20,000 nucleotides of DNA from an uncultured virus (IMG/VR IMGVR_UViG_3300010885_019006) (IMGVR_UViG_3300010885_019006:54356-74355), one strand, 5' to 3'; counted from the first letter of the stretch, positions 1 through 7,566 are shown. Made by a program: numbers and translations. The notes: a model not told the origin generated them from the sequence alone.

Positions 1-31
1 TCGGGTGAAAAAATAACTGTAGTATCTCATA

Positions 32-415
32 TCAAAGTCCTTTCACAAAGTCAGACGTAATCATAGCAGCAAGTTCTCTAAACTTAACTATTTCTTCTTC
101 TGTAAGAAGTTCAGTAATTTCAGTGTTAAGAATCCAACCATTAGTTTGTTTCCAACTATCATTTATCCAAACTCTACCACCACGAAGTTTATGTTTAAAC
201 CCGTACATATTATTGGTAATAGACTGGTAAGGATACTGACGGTGAGCACATACCTTACCTGGTGTAAATGATTTGGTGAGAAAATGCTTGAGGATTGTGA
301 CCTTGTCTTCTGACTTAGCCTTCATAGTTTTATAGACACATAGTGCAATAATATCTGCTGCTGTGAGTGTCTTGTTCTTTGCTTTAGTTTTGAATGTAGT
401 AATAAAAGTAGACAT
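32..415 (-). CDS. Hypothetical protein (127 aa), downstream of the amber leader ORF
   Basis: Open ORF with AAGGA RBS about 8 nt upstream of the ATG; no family recognised. Confidence 0.8.
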   Translation of the reverse strand: MSTFITTFKTKAKNKTLTAADIIALCVYKTMKAKSEDKVTILKHFLTKSFTPGKVCAHRQYPYQSITNNMYGFKHKLRGGRVWINDSWKQTNGWILNTEITELLTEEEIVKFRELAAMITSDFVKGL

Positions 416-512
416 AATAGGATTCCTTTTTGTTTAATAAGAGTTTGTTTGATCTTATTAAACCTTCGGGAGGTCCTACTGCGTCATACGGCTACATAGT
501 TTCGGTACTCAT
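384..512 (-). CDS. Leader ORF MSTETM*(UAG)PYDAVGPPEG...; 6 aa if terminated, 42 aa if the amber codon is read through
   Basis: AAGGA RBS, ATG at 512, in-frame TAG at 494-492, next in-frame stop TAA at 386-384, overlapping the start of the 127-aa gene. Confidence 0.6.
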
Positions 513-536
513 ACTATTTCCTTTATTTAAGTAAAG

Positions 537-614
537 TGGTGCTTTGTGGGGGATTTGAACCCCCGACGGCATGATTTTAGAGATCACCGCTCTTGACCAC
601 TGAGCTAACAAAGC
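537..614 (-). tRNA. Amber suppressor tRNA (anticodon CUA)
   Basis: Acceptor GCTTTGT/ACAAAGC-A-CCA; anticodon arm GTGAT-CTCTAAA-ATCAT; T arm GGGGG-TTCAAAT-CCCCC. Confidence 0.88.
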
Positions 615-621
615 ATAAGAT

Positions 622-724
622 AACAGGTAAGTTGCCTACTTTGTATTATTTCCAGACGTACAAAATCGAAAATCGTCCTGGCCGAAGCCTTTTTAAAAGT
701 TTTGCGAGTGGCTGTAACTTACCT
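622..724 (-). ncRNA. Putative structured small RNA (unit 2 of a pair)
   Basis: Closing stem AGGTAAGTT/AACTTACCT; ACAGCCA follows the 5' strand and GTT follows the 3' strand; internal GGC-TTCG-GCC hairpin. Confidence 0.55.
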
Positions 725-731
725 AAATTTC

Positions 732-941
732 AACGGGATGTTATTTGAATTCGGATTTTTACCTCTTCTTCTATTCGGAGAAGCCCTATTCCTACATTCG
801 GGTAGGACACCTACTCCTGGTCCGCCAGGCCGTTGTTAATAGCATGAGTCGCCGAAGCGCTCAGTGACCGGATTTAACATCGAGAGTACCCGAAGGTACA
901 TATGCGCCCGAAGGCTTGAGTCGGTTTGCAGTAACCATCCC
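732..941 (-). ncRNA. Putative structured RNA of about 210 nt (unit 1 of a pair)
   Basis: Closing stem GGGATG(G)TTA/TAACATCCC followed by GTT; three cUUCGg hairpins; GC-rich and non-coding; sits just downstream of an early promoter. Confidence 0.65.
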
Positions 942-945
942 TTAT

Positions 946-979
946 TAGTTTAATATAATCATTTACTTTAAAATGTCAA
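946..979 (-). promoter_or_regulatory. Early (sigma70-like) promoter driving the structured RNAs and suppressor tRNA
   Basis: TTGACA (979-974), 16 nt, then TATATT and AAACTAATAAGGGATGG; a variant of the repeated cassette. Confidence 0.6.
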
Positions 980-1191
980 CCTTTATCTACAAAAGATTTA
1001 AACTTTTTTGCCTCTTCAATAATGCTATCACCAGTAGGATAAGGTGGGACCTCAACCAAAAACTGAGCACTTTCATTGATTCTTGCCTTTTCGGTAGCAG
1101 TTTGCCACTCTACGTGAAACTTTTCTGAAGCTCTCTGTTGAGCTAGTTTGATCATCTCCATGCGTAGGAGATATGGGGTATCTAGTGACAT
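976..1191 (-). CDS. Small hypothetical phage protein (71 aa)
   Basis: AAGGA RBS; late promoter TATAAATA at 1253-1246; predicted helical sequence. Confidence 0.8.
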   Translation of the reverse strand: MSLDTPYLLRMEMIKLAQQRASEKFHVEWQTATEKARINESAQFLVEVPPYPTGDSIIEEAKKFKSFVDKG

Positions 1192-1245
1192 AGTAATTCC
1201 TTTGTGTATGTGTATCAGTCCTTAGTCCTGAGACAGTGGACAGAC

Positions 1246-1253
1246 TATTTATA
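1246..1253 (-). promoter_or_regulatory. T4-type late promoter TATAAATA
   Basis: Exact consensus upstream of the 71-aa gene. Other copies at 1851-1858, 7904-7911, 11973-11980, 18164-18171 and 19371-19378. Confidence 0.7.
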
Positions 1254-1259
1254 CACAAA

Positions 1260-1342
1260 CTTAGATGAACCCACTGGAATTTCGGAGAACTAAATTACAC
1301 CATGTTCAGCTCCGACCATGGTAACCAATGGATTCATCTAAG
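1260..1342 (-). ncRNA. Long hairpin B with a possible internal H-type pseudoknot
   Basis: Stem CTTAGATGAATCCATTGG/CCAGTGGGTTCATCTAAG; interleaved inner helices ACCATG/CATGGT and TCGGAG/CTCCGA. Confidence 0.5.
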
Positions 1343-1433
1343 TGGTGGATTTCTGTTCAAAGGTACCACCGAACCCGTTGTCTAGGACCTTTCGGCTCCC
1401 CCTAAGAGAAGGGCTTACTTAGTAGATAGACAA
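1343..1433 (-). ncRNA. Unknown small RNA ending in a copy of the tmRNA 3' module and CCA
   Basis: TTGTCTA/TAGACAA stem, then GGGTTCGGTGGTACCTTTGAACAGAAATCCACCA, a near copy of 1588-1554. Confidence 0.5.
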
Positions 1434-1440
1434 AATAGAA

Positions 1441-1553
1441 CTTAGAAGAATGCTGGTTGGGTCGAGTTTGCCGATCTAATGTCGGATATCCATCGGAGAG
1501 GTGCGCTCTCCTCTTCCTGCTTATTTGCCGATCAAGACCAGCACTCATCTAAG
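1441..1553 (-). ncRNA. Long hairpin A after the tmRNA coding piece
   Basis: Stem CTTAGATGAGTGCTGGT/ACCAGCATTCTTCTAAG with inner hairpins GGAGAG/CTCTCC and CCGA/TCGG. Confidence 0.5.
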
Positions 1554-1845
1554 TGGTGGGTTTCTGTTTCAAGGTACCCACCAAACCCATGTTAAATTAG
1601 GCAGCTAGTGCGTAATCAACAATATCGTTATCATTAGATGCGACATTTAGTTTGTTTTGGCCGCTCAGCCACCGAATCAGTCTAAGCAATATCCCTATTC
1701 CACGAAAATCGAGCCTGTTTCATCCCCATCAGTAGTTATGAGTAAGCAACATCTAGCCTCTTTCGGCGCCTCATAACTACTGGTGGAGATGGCGGGTACT
1801 GCCCCCGCGTCTTTCCGTCTTTATTGTCAGCTTTCAAGCAACCAA
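1554..1845 (-). ncRNA. ssrA: Circularly permuted two-piece tmRNA (alphaproteobacterial type)
   Basis: Acceptor piece ends GCGGGGGCAGTACCCGCCATCTCCACCA (1781); hairpin intervening segment; coding piece starts GGGGATG (1727, G3:U70); tag frame 1641-1597 reads ASNDNDIVDYALAA*. The 5' end is approximate. Confidence 0.93.
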
Positions 1846-1980
1846 TATCTTATTTATATTGTCTTTTATGAAGAAGTTCACGAAAATCGAGCCTGTTTCA
1901 TCCCCATCAGTAGTTATGAGTAAGCAACATCTAGCCTCTTTCGGCGCCTCATAACTACTGGTGGAGATGGCGGAAAACAT
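1834..1980 (-). CDS. Possible 48-aa ORF (MFSAISTSSYEAPK...) made largely of the tmRNA duplicate
   Basis: The ATG belongs to an intact early promoter/GGAG RBS cassette; translation is unproven. Confidence 0.3.
   Translation of the reverse strand: MFSAISTSSYEAPKEARCCLLITTDGDETGSIFVNFFIKDNINKILVA
1879..1973 (-). repeat. Exact 95-bp direct duplicate of tmRNA segment 1701-1795
   Basis: Base-by-base identity at an offset of 178. Confidence 0.95.
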
Positions 1981-2034
1981 TGTCAATCTCCATTCCTTAT
2001 AGTTTAGTCTACCATACCATAAGAAAAATGTCAA
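1978..2034 (-). promoter_or_regulatory. Early promoter-RBS cassette
   Basis: TTGACA-17nt-TAGACT-AAACTATAAGGAATGGAGATTGACAATG. Confidence 0.85.
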
Positions 2035-2417
2035 TCGGTTTCTGCATCTTCTGAAATATATTCTTTCTGAATGACTATTTTAGTCACGACAGTCGGCATT
2101 TGTGGACCTGGCATAAGAACTGAAAATGTCTTATTAGTCCAGTAAAGAGGCCAAAACACACCAGAAAAAAGACCGACCATTCCATCAGGATCATTATCAA
2201 AATCTAAACTATAGCAATCTTTACCAGTTGCAACTCGATCTTCTAATGTTGAACATTGAGCATCTTTAAAAGCTTGAAGTCTAGCCTTTTCATTATGATG
2301 TTCTACTGAAGCAAAGCCAAAGGTTAGTAGAGCAACGATACCATAAACACCAACCCAGTAACCAAATGAGCGCTCACTTAGCCATTCTTTAAATGTTTTA
2401 ATATAAGTCAAATACAT
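2031..2417 (-). CDS. Hypothetical membrane protein (128 aa)
   Basis: Hydrophobic N-terminal helix and a GVFWPLYW segment; coupled to the ligase stop (TAATG). Confidence 0.75.
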   Translation of the reverse strand: MYLTYIKTFKEWLSERSFGYWVGVYGIVALLTFGFASVEHHNEKARLQAFKDAQCSTLEDRVATGKDCYSLDFDNDPDGMVGLFSGVFWPLYWTNKTFSVLMPGPQMPTVVTKIVIQKEYISEDAETD

Positions 2418-3622
2418 TAAATTTCTCGCTTCAAACCGTGGAACATAGTAGCTACACCAAACCGAGGGACACCATCAGGAGTTCGTTCAAAGAACTTGAT
2501 AGTCACAATCTTATGAGTCTCAGTAAGAAGTTCTACACCTCGCTCATAAGATCCCTTGATTCCAGCCTTAGCGACACGGACAGAGCCTTCAGAAGGAACT
2601 ACAGTTGAGGAGTACTGTAGCATCTCATCACTACCAGGATTATAGAACAAATCACCAAAGTTGATTGCGGCACCTGGAACCTTGAAGAAAACAGATTTTG
2701 CCGCTCCAGCCCAGTTACCTTGACCTTCCTCAGTCTTGATCATCTCAAACTCTTCGTCAAGAAAATCCTTGCGCTTCAGAAGGTTCTTAGTCCGGCGATT
2801 CTCATACTTTGTATTGTTACGCCACATGGAACCTTCGTAACCAGCCTCAAGCCATTCGCCATGACACTGGTCAAAACTATCAGCAGTGAAAACAGCCTGA
2901 GTAGAAACCAGACGAAGACACTTAGGGCATGGATCTTCCTCATCCAAGAAAAGACTCTCCAGATACGCATCCCGTTCGGCAAAGTTACCGCTATGAGAGG
3001 GCACATCGTAGATATGGTATTGAACCATCGCACGTGTCTTGGTATAGTGCTCAGGCGTCAGCTTCTTGTCAGACTTCACACCAATCAGGCTTGCAATCTC
3101 ATTGAAGTTATCCCGAAGCTCATGGTTGTAAAGTTCACCATCAAAAATCAGATCAGGATCTTCGGCAAAGAGAGGAGCAAGAGCTTCCATAATATGAGGA
3201 CTGGAAACAAATGGCTTTCCAGAACGACTCCATAATCCGTCCTTATTTGCGATACAACGGAAGCCATCTAGCTTAGGTTGAGCAAAACCAGATTGAAAGT
3301 TCTTGGCATCATACTTCTCAGCCAGCATAGCTTCAAAGATATGCGATCCACCAGTCTTAGCAGACTCAATGGAAGTATGATAATCCTTTTCACACTTCTT
3401 CTTATAGAGAGCTTCAATTTCAAATGCGGCTTGAGCAGAACCATCACGTTCATTAGACCGACCAAGATTAGTAGGAAAAGCTATCCGCCATTCAGAACAC
3501 TTAATCTTTCCACCTTGTGTTCCATCCCATGTACGATACTTATCGTCCTGTTGTTCAATATACCAAATCCGTACCTTAGACTTGGAATCAACCTTGTAGC
3601 ACATATCATACATTATAGCCAT
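2417..3622 (-). CDS. ATP-dependent DNA ligase with an N-terminal WGR-like extension
   Basis: Motifs QPKLDGFRC (I), FDGELY (III), YDV (IIIa), EGSMWR (IV) and LLKRK (V), plus an OB-fold tail with PRF. The AGGA RBS favours the ATG at 3622. Confidence 0.93.
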   Translation of the reverse strand: MAIMYDMCYKVDSKSKVRIWYIEQQDDKYRTWDGTQGGKIKCSEWRIAFPTNLGRSNERDGSAQAAFEIEALYKKKCEKDYHTSIESAKTGGSHIFEAMLAEKYDAKNFQSGFAQPKLDGFRCIANKDGLWSRSGKPFVSSPHIMEALAPLFAEDPDLIFDGELYNHELRDNFNEIASLIGVKSDKKLTPEHYTKTRAMVQYHIYDVPSHSGNFAERDAYLESLFLDEEDPCPKCLRLVSTQAVFTADSFDQCHGEWLEAGYEGSMWRNNTKYENRRTKNLLKRKDFLDEEFEMIKTEEGQGNWAGAAKSVFFKVPGAAINFGDLFYNPGSDEMLQYSSTVVPSEGSVRVAKAGIKGSYERGVELLTETHKIVTIKFFERTPDGVPRFGVATMFHGLKREI

Positions 3623-3652
3623 ATTCAAATCCTAATTATATGTTGAACCGAT

Positions 3653-3686
3653 AGTATCATTATAACCACACTAAGAATAATGTCAA
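3653..3686 (-). promoter_or_regulatory. Early promoter for the ligase
   Basis: TTGACA-16nt-TATAAT. Confidence 0.65.
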
Positions 3687-3695
3687 CCAATTTAT

Positions 3696-4076
3696 TCAGA
3701 TTGGCAGATTCTTTTTAGCACTTTCAATGTAGTCTCTGATTCGCTTGGAGTCAATAGGATTCATCGAATGGATGGTATAATCAGGAAAGCTACACCTTTT
3801 CCGCTCGCAGTAATCCACAAGCCACTTGGCGCACTCATAACCAGTCTTTTCAGGTCCATAGTCGACATTGTTTTTGTCGTTAACTTCATCGAGCATTGCA
3901 GCATAATGCTGCTCGGCAAGGTCGTGATCAAATGTCACAAATTTAGGAACCCCGAATGCTTCAATATGATTCACAAACTGATTATAGCTGCGGACAATGT
4001 GATAGTTAGCATAAGGAATACCAACCCAAGTAACTTGACCTGGGTTTCGCTCGTCATCAAGAAACAAATGGTACAA
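3696..4076 (-). CDS. Cyclic-phosphate-processing receiver-domain protein (associated with RNA repair)
   Basis: Motifs LFLDDER, VRSY, FDHDL, TGYECAKWL and HSMNP; TTG start after AGGAG. Confidence 0.8.
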   Translation of the reverse strand: MYHLFLDDERNPGQVTWVGIPYANYHIVRSYNQFVNHIEAFGVPKFVTFDHDLAEQHYAAMLDEVNDKNNVDYGPEKTGYECAKWLVDYCERKRCSFPDYTIHSMNPIDSKRIRDYIESAKKNLPI

Positions 4077-4088
4077 AAGTTAAAGCTC

Positions 4089-4241
4089 CTAAGCAAAAGG
4101 TTGACAAGAATGGAATGACTGTTCGGCAGAAACATCCCAAGCTTCTTTGGCAATTTCCTTGAAAGATAATCTAATTATCTTCATGTGATCTGCAAAATCA
4201 GATTCAGGAAGTCGCGAATCAAACCATTCATCAAACGTCAT
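4089..4241 (-). CDS. Hypothetical protein (50 aa, MTFDEWFDS...)
   Basis: The ATG directly follows the previous stop; FDEWF...AWD is a pattern common in small phage proteins. Confidence 0.65.
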   Translation of the reverse strand: MTFDEWFDSRLPESDFADHMKIIRLSFKEIAKEAWDVSAEQSFHSCQPFA

Positions 4242-4242
4242 A

Positions 4243-4407
4243 TTACAAACCTTCTTTTGTAAATAGAATAGACAAAAAACCACCAAGTAAAGTAAATGTC
4301 ACACTCATAATCAGCCAAGCAATATCGTGATTATATGCTTTCTCGATTGAGACCGCAAATTCTATAAGTGTTACAAAGATCATCAATCGACTACTAGGAG
4401 TAATCAT
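4243..4407 (-). CDS. Small membrane protein (54 aa, MITPSSRLM...)
   Basis: Translated by hand; TAATG coupling; two hydrophobic segments. Confidence 0.6.
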   Translation of the reverse strand: MITPSSRLMIFVTLIEFAVSIEKAYNHDIAWLIMSVTFTLLGGFLSILFTKEGL

Positions 4408-4580
4408 TACATAAAACCCACTTCTCTAACTTGCCGGACATGATACGAAATAAGTTCTGAAAAATTATTTTCCGCATGTCTGCACCACATTTCATTCTTT
4501 ACCGCTTCAGCCTCATCTGCTGATGCATATGGACCATAGACTGCAAGACTATATGAAGAATTCTCAACGACTACGTACAT
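4407..4580 (-). CDS. Hypothetical protein (57 aa, MYVVVENSS...)
   Basis: Translated by hand; TAATG coupling at both ends. Confidence 0.65.
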   Translation of the reverse strand: MYVVVENSSYSLAVYGPYASADEAEAVKNEMWCRHAENNFSELISYHVRQVREVGFM

Positions 4581-4981
4581 TATGCTTCTTCCTTCAACCA
4601 GTTCTTAATGGAATTAAAGCGGAGACAAAGACGATATTCAAGAACTTCCCAACCATAGAACTCAATCTCATCGGCTCGGATGCCTTCAGCATCAGCAATA
4701 ATCTTAACTGCAGCTTCACGGCTGGTGCAATTAACTACCATCTGCATGGTATCTGCAACACGAACCTTGAACTCCTCAAACCAAGCGGCTTGATCAAGTG
4801 CTTCCTGATCAATCTGGCGTGAGAGCTGTTCAGAGAGTTGATCGAAGTCTTCTTGAAACTCGTCCAACGAAGCGAAGGTTGAACCACGAGGACGCATACC
4901 ATAAACGTCCTTATAGAGGTCCGAGTAGATGTCACCGTCATGGCTGTCAGTGAGAGCATTGATGTCAGAGAGAGTAAGCAT
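4580..4981 (-). CDS. Acidic early phage protein (133 aa)
   Basis: Starts at the cassette ATG; YSDLYKDVYGMRPR motif familiar from T4-like early proteins. Confidence 0.85.
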   Translation of the reverse strand: MLTLSDINALTDSHDGDIYSDLYKDVYGMRPRGSTFASLDEFQEDFDQLSEQLSRQIDQEALDQAAWFEEFKVRVADTMQMVVNCTSREAAVKIIADAEGIRADEIEFYGWEVLEYRLCLRFNSIKNWLKEEA

Positions 4982-5035
4982 GTTGATCTCCATTCCCTAT
5001 AGATTATGTATAACCCATCTAAGGAAAAATGTCAA
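4979..5035 (-). promoter_or_regulatory. Early promoter-RBS cassette
   Basis: TTGACATTTTTC...ATAGGGAATGGAGATCAACATG. Confidence 0.8.
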
Positions 5036-5065
5036 CTGTTTTTAAAATAAAAATGATCTGCCAAC

Positions 5066-6163
5066 TTAAGCCAGCAGATCATTCTTAGTCAGTGTGAAGT
5101 CAGACTTCTTCCATTCGTCTCGCAGGTTCTTCAGAGCGTCACCTAGTTCCCGACCTTGCTTCATACCACGATCCAGTAGATCTTGACCCGTCACAGGGAA
5201 CACAGGGATTTCCCAATTAGCAACTCGAACTGGCATGAACTGATCACGCTCAATCCAAGAAAGATCCAGAACCCACTGACGTGGAACTCCATCAACCAAC
5301 TGTTCCCTCCAATCCCACCGCTTGTAGCAATTTTCTACAATCCAGCGAAGATGCTTAGCTTCATCAGCAGAGAGTTTCCACTTAAAGAGAAAAGAATCCA
5401 GAGTACCAACACTCAGCATAGTACCCAGAGCACCAACGGCAGACTGTTTGATAGTGCAGTGGCGCCGTTTGCCGAGACCCAGAGCTTTCAGAACTCCATG
5501 ATAGTACATGCAATCCAGAACTTCATTTGCATAAAGACTGGTGACAAGCTTTTGCATTTCCAACCAGTAGCGCTCAACCGACACAGTCTTAAGACCGTCC
5601 AGATTTTCCTTGGTGCAGATATCTTTGACCTCATCCAGACACTGATTGATGTTGCCGAACCGAGCCATGAACCGGAAGTACCGCAGAATGCGCAGATAGT
5701 CTTCTTTGACACGAGCATCAGCATCACCAACGAACCGAACTTGATAGTTCAGAAGATCTTCCTGACCGCCGAAGTAGTCATAGATCTTACCATCAAAGTC
5801 CATCGACATAGCATTGATAGTCAAATCACGGCGTGCTGCATCAGCCTCAAAGTCACGCGTATATGCAATGACTGCATGCCGACCATCAGTCTCGGTATCA
5901 ATCCGCAGAGTCGTAACCTCGAACTGCTCACCATTCACAACGATCGTAATCGTGCCGTGTTGCAGACCAGTAGGAATGTAAGAGAAATCCATATCCTCTA
6001 CAATCTCAATCATCTCCTGAGGTGTAGCATTGACACACAGATCAATGTCCTTAGGTTCCATCTTGAGAATGCTATCGCGGACTGCACCACCAACGACTCG
6101 AATTTCGAAGCCATATTGGCGGAACGCAGTCCCCAGGATTTTAAGATTTTCGGAAAAGATCAT
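5066..6163 (-). CDS. cca: Class II tRNA nucleotidyltransferase (CCA-adding enzyme)
   Basis: VGGAVRD, DIDL, EVTTLR, RRDLTINA and EDYLRILR motifs. AAGGAG RBS favours the ATG at 6163. Own promoter TTTACA-17-TAGACT. Confidence 0.92.
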   Translation of the reverse strand: MIFSENLKILGTAFRQYGFEIRVVGGAVRDSILKMEPKDIDLCVNATPQEMIEIVEDMDFSYIPTGLQHGTITIVVNGEQFEVTTLRIDTETDGRHAVIAYTRDFEADAARRDLTINAMSMDFDGKIYDYFGGQEDLLNYQVRFVGDADARVKEDYLRILRYFRFMARFGNINQCLDEVKDICTKENLDGLKTVSVERYWLEMQKLVTSLYANEVLDCMYYHGVLKALGLGKRRHCTIKQSAVGALGTMLSVGTLDSFLFKWKLSADEAKHLRWIVENCYKRWDWREQLVDGVPRQWVLDLSWIERDQFMPVRVANWEIPVFPVTGQDLLDRGMKQGRELGDALKNLRDEWKKSDFTLTKNDLLA

Positions 6164-6219
6164 AAACACTCCTTATGGTTTAGTCTACCATAAAACGTGA
6201 ATTATGTAAACAACTAAGT

Positions 6220-6305
6220 TGGTAGGGGCGAAGGGACTCGAACCCTCAAAAACCACTGGGTTTAAACCAGCCGACTGTACCAATTTGCCATCTGGTCACG
6301 CCCCC
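6220..6305 (-). tRNA. tRNA-Leu(UAA) with enlarged D-loop and short variable loop
   Basis: GCTGG-TTTAAAC-CCAGT; TTCGAGT T-loop; encoded CCA. Confidence 0.85.
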
Positions 6306-6316
6306 AAGAATTCTAT

Positions 6317-6811
6317 TTATCCGCCAAAATCAGCGGTAACATTCTTAATTGAACTTTCTGGTACTAGATAGACTTCAAAGCTATCAAACACTCTATATAG
6401 TTCTCCTTCGCACCAGATACCAATGAGATCATAAATAGATTTTTGATAAAAATCACTGAGACTATTTCGAATATCATTTACAAAGTCTGCATAGTCAGGA
6501 TTCATAAAATCCCATTCTTTAGGAATATCATAGTTGAGTCTACGAGCGCTATCAACAATTTGAGTGATAGCTTGTGTAAGAGCATCTCTCGTCCGGTCAA
6601 TATCAGAATTACCGAATGCGTTTTCTCTTAGCTTTTTCCACTTACCATTTATAAAGCTACCATCATTTTCACTATAGAAAAGTTTAGCAATAGAAATCAA
6701 AACACGAGCGGCAGACTCAGTAAGTCCACTAAACTCAGTTGTATTATAATTGCCTAAATCATTTTCCCAAGACTTAATCTTGACTAGATAACCTGGTAGA
6801 ATATCATTCAT
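6317..6811 (-). CDS. Hypothetical phage protein (164 aa)
   Basis: GGAG RBS; fills the gap between tRNAs. Confidence 0.85.
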   Translation of the reverse strand: MNDILPGYLVKIKSWENDLGNYNTTEFSGLTESAARVLISIAKLFYSENDGSFINGKWKKLRENAFGNSDIDRTRDALTQAITQIVDSARRLNYDIPKEWDFMNPDYADFVNDIRNSLSDFYQKSIYDLIGIWCEGELYRVFDSFEVYLVPESSIKNVTADFGG

Positions 6812-6829
6812 AATATAAACTCCAAAAGT

Positions 6830-6921
6830 TGGAGGAGAGCAGGGTTCCCGCCACCCAGACCCGTCTTAGGGGTCCCAGCCGTTTTCGAAACGGCACTAGC
6901 ACCTCGGCTAGTTTACTCTCC
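6830..6921 (-). tRNA. tRNA-Ser(CGA), 8/4 fold
   Basis: GCCGT-TTCGAAA-ACGGC; 8-bp acceptor, 4-bp T-stem, 6-bp D-stem, long variable arm, U73. Confidence 0.85.
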
Positions 6922-6923
6922 GA

Positions 6924-7094
6924 TTAATAGCATTTTCTAGTCTGTTCTTGACAATACCACATTGCATATCTATACACATCAAGTTCAGATTGTGGAAGTT
7001 TTTCAAGTACGGATTTCTGAACATAGAGATTCAGATACTTTTTAGACTCTTTAGACCAAAATTCATATTGTTTAATTCTATGTTCGTCACTCAT
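6924..7094 (-). CDS. Hypothetical protein (56 aa, MSDEHRIKQ...)
   Basis: Translated by hand; starts 4 nt after the previous stop. Confidence 0.55.
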   Translation of the reverse strand: MSDEHRIKQYEFWSKESKKYLNLYVQKSVLEKLPQSELDVYRYAMWYCQEQTRKCY

Positions 7095-7098
7095 CTTA

Positions 7099-7566
7099 TC
7101 ACCAATGTTCGTAGGGAATTACTCTGTTACCGACGTTGTTCTTAACATCATATTCCTTAGCATCATAGATGGCAAGAGCACGGTTCCGATTGCGGTGACC
7201 AGAACCGCTGTTCTTCTTAGCAACGTGGTTCATCTTCCAACCAGCCTTGCTAGTGCCAGTACGAGGAATAGGAAGTCCCTTTGCAGCAATTCCTCGGATT
7301 TCAGCCTGCCGTTTGTTGTAGTACTTCCAGTTAGTTCCAAAGGAAACTACATCGTCGTACTTAACAATTTTGCCACGATCATCACGAACAATCCAGCCGT
7401 TGGTCTTTCTACGATACATAAAAGAACTAATATCATAGTAGTAATCAACGTGATGTTCAGTGAACTGACCGTACTTACCAATGAAGGAAGCAAGTGCATC
7501 GTTGGAATAAAGAAGAATAGGTTTGCCATCGATGTGGATAGCAATGAGAGGATAGAGGTAGTTCAT
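7099..7566 (-). CDS. Basic hypothetical protein (155 aa) with a leader-controlled RBS
   Basis: AGGAG RBS; K/R-rich C-terminal half containing GLPIPRTG. Confidence 0.85.
   Translation of the reverse strand: MNYLYPLIAIHIDGKPILLYSNDALASFIGKYGQFTEHHVDYYYDISSFMYRRKTNGWIVRDDRGKIVKYDDVVSFGTNWKYYNKRQAEIRGIAAKGLPIPRTGTSKAGWKMNHVAKKNSGSGHRNRNRALAIYDAKEYDVKNNVGNRVIPYEHW

Noticed and set aside
732..941. RNase P RNA or a self-splicing intron
   Set aside because: I could not find the RNase P P4 strands (GAGGAAAGUCC, ACAGAA...GCUUA) or group I/II core motifs.
1701..1973. tmRNA duplicate as attL/attR of an integrated element
   Set aside because: Only 83 bp separate the copies and no integrase is visible.
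2031..2417. KTFKEWLSE as a capsid-targeting sequence
   Set aside because: It is not at the extreme N-terminus, is followed by a transmembrane helix and lies in an early transcript.
2720..6193. Long plus-strand ORFs (2720-3235, 3278-3646, 3768-4118, 5183-6193)
   Set aside because: They are antisense shadows of well-supported minus-strand genes, with no motifs or RBS; all promoters and tRNAs point to the minus strand.
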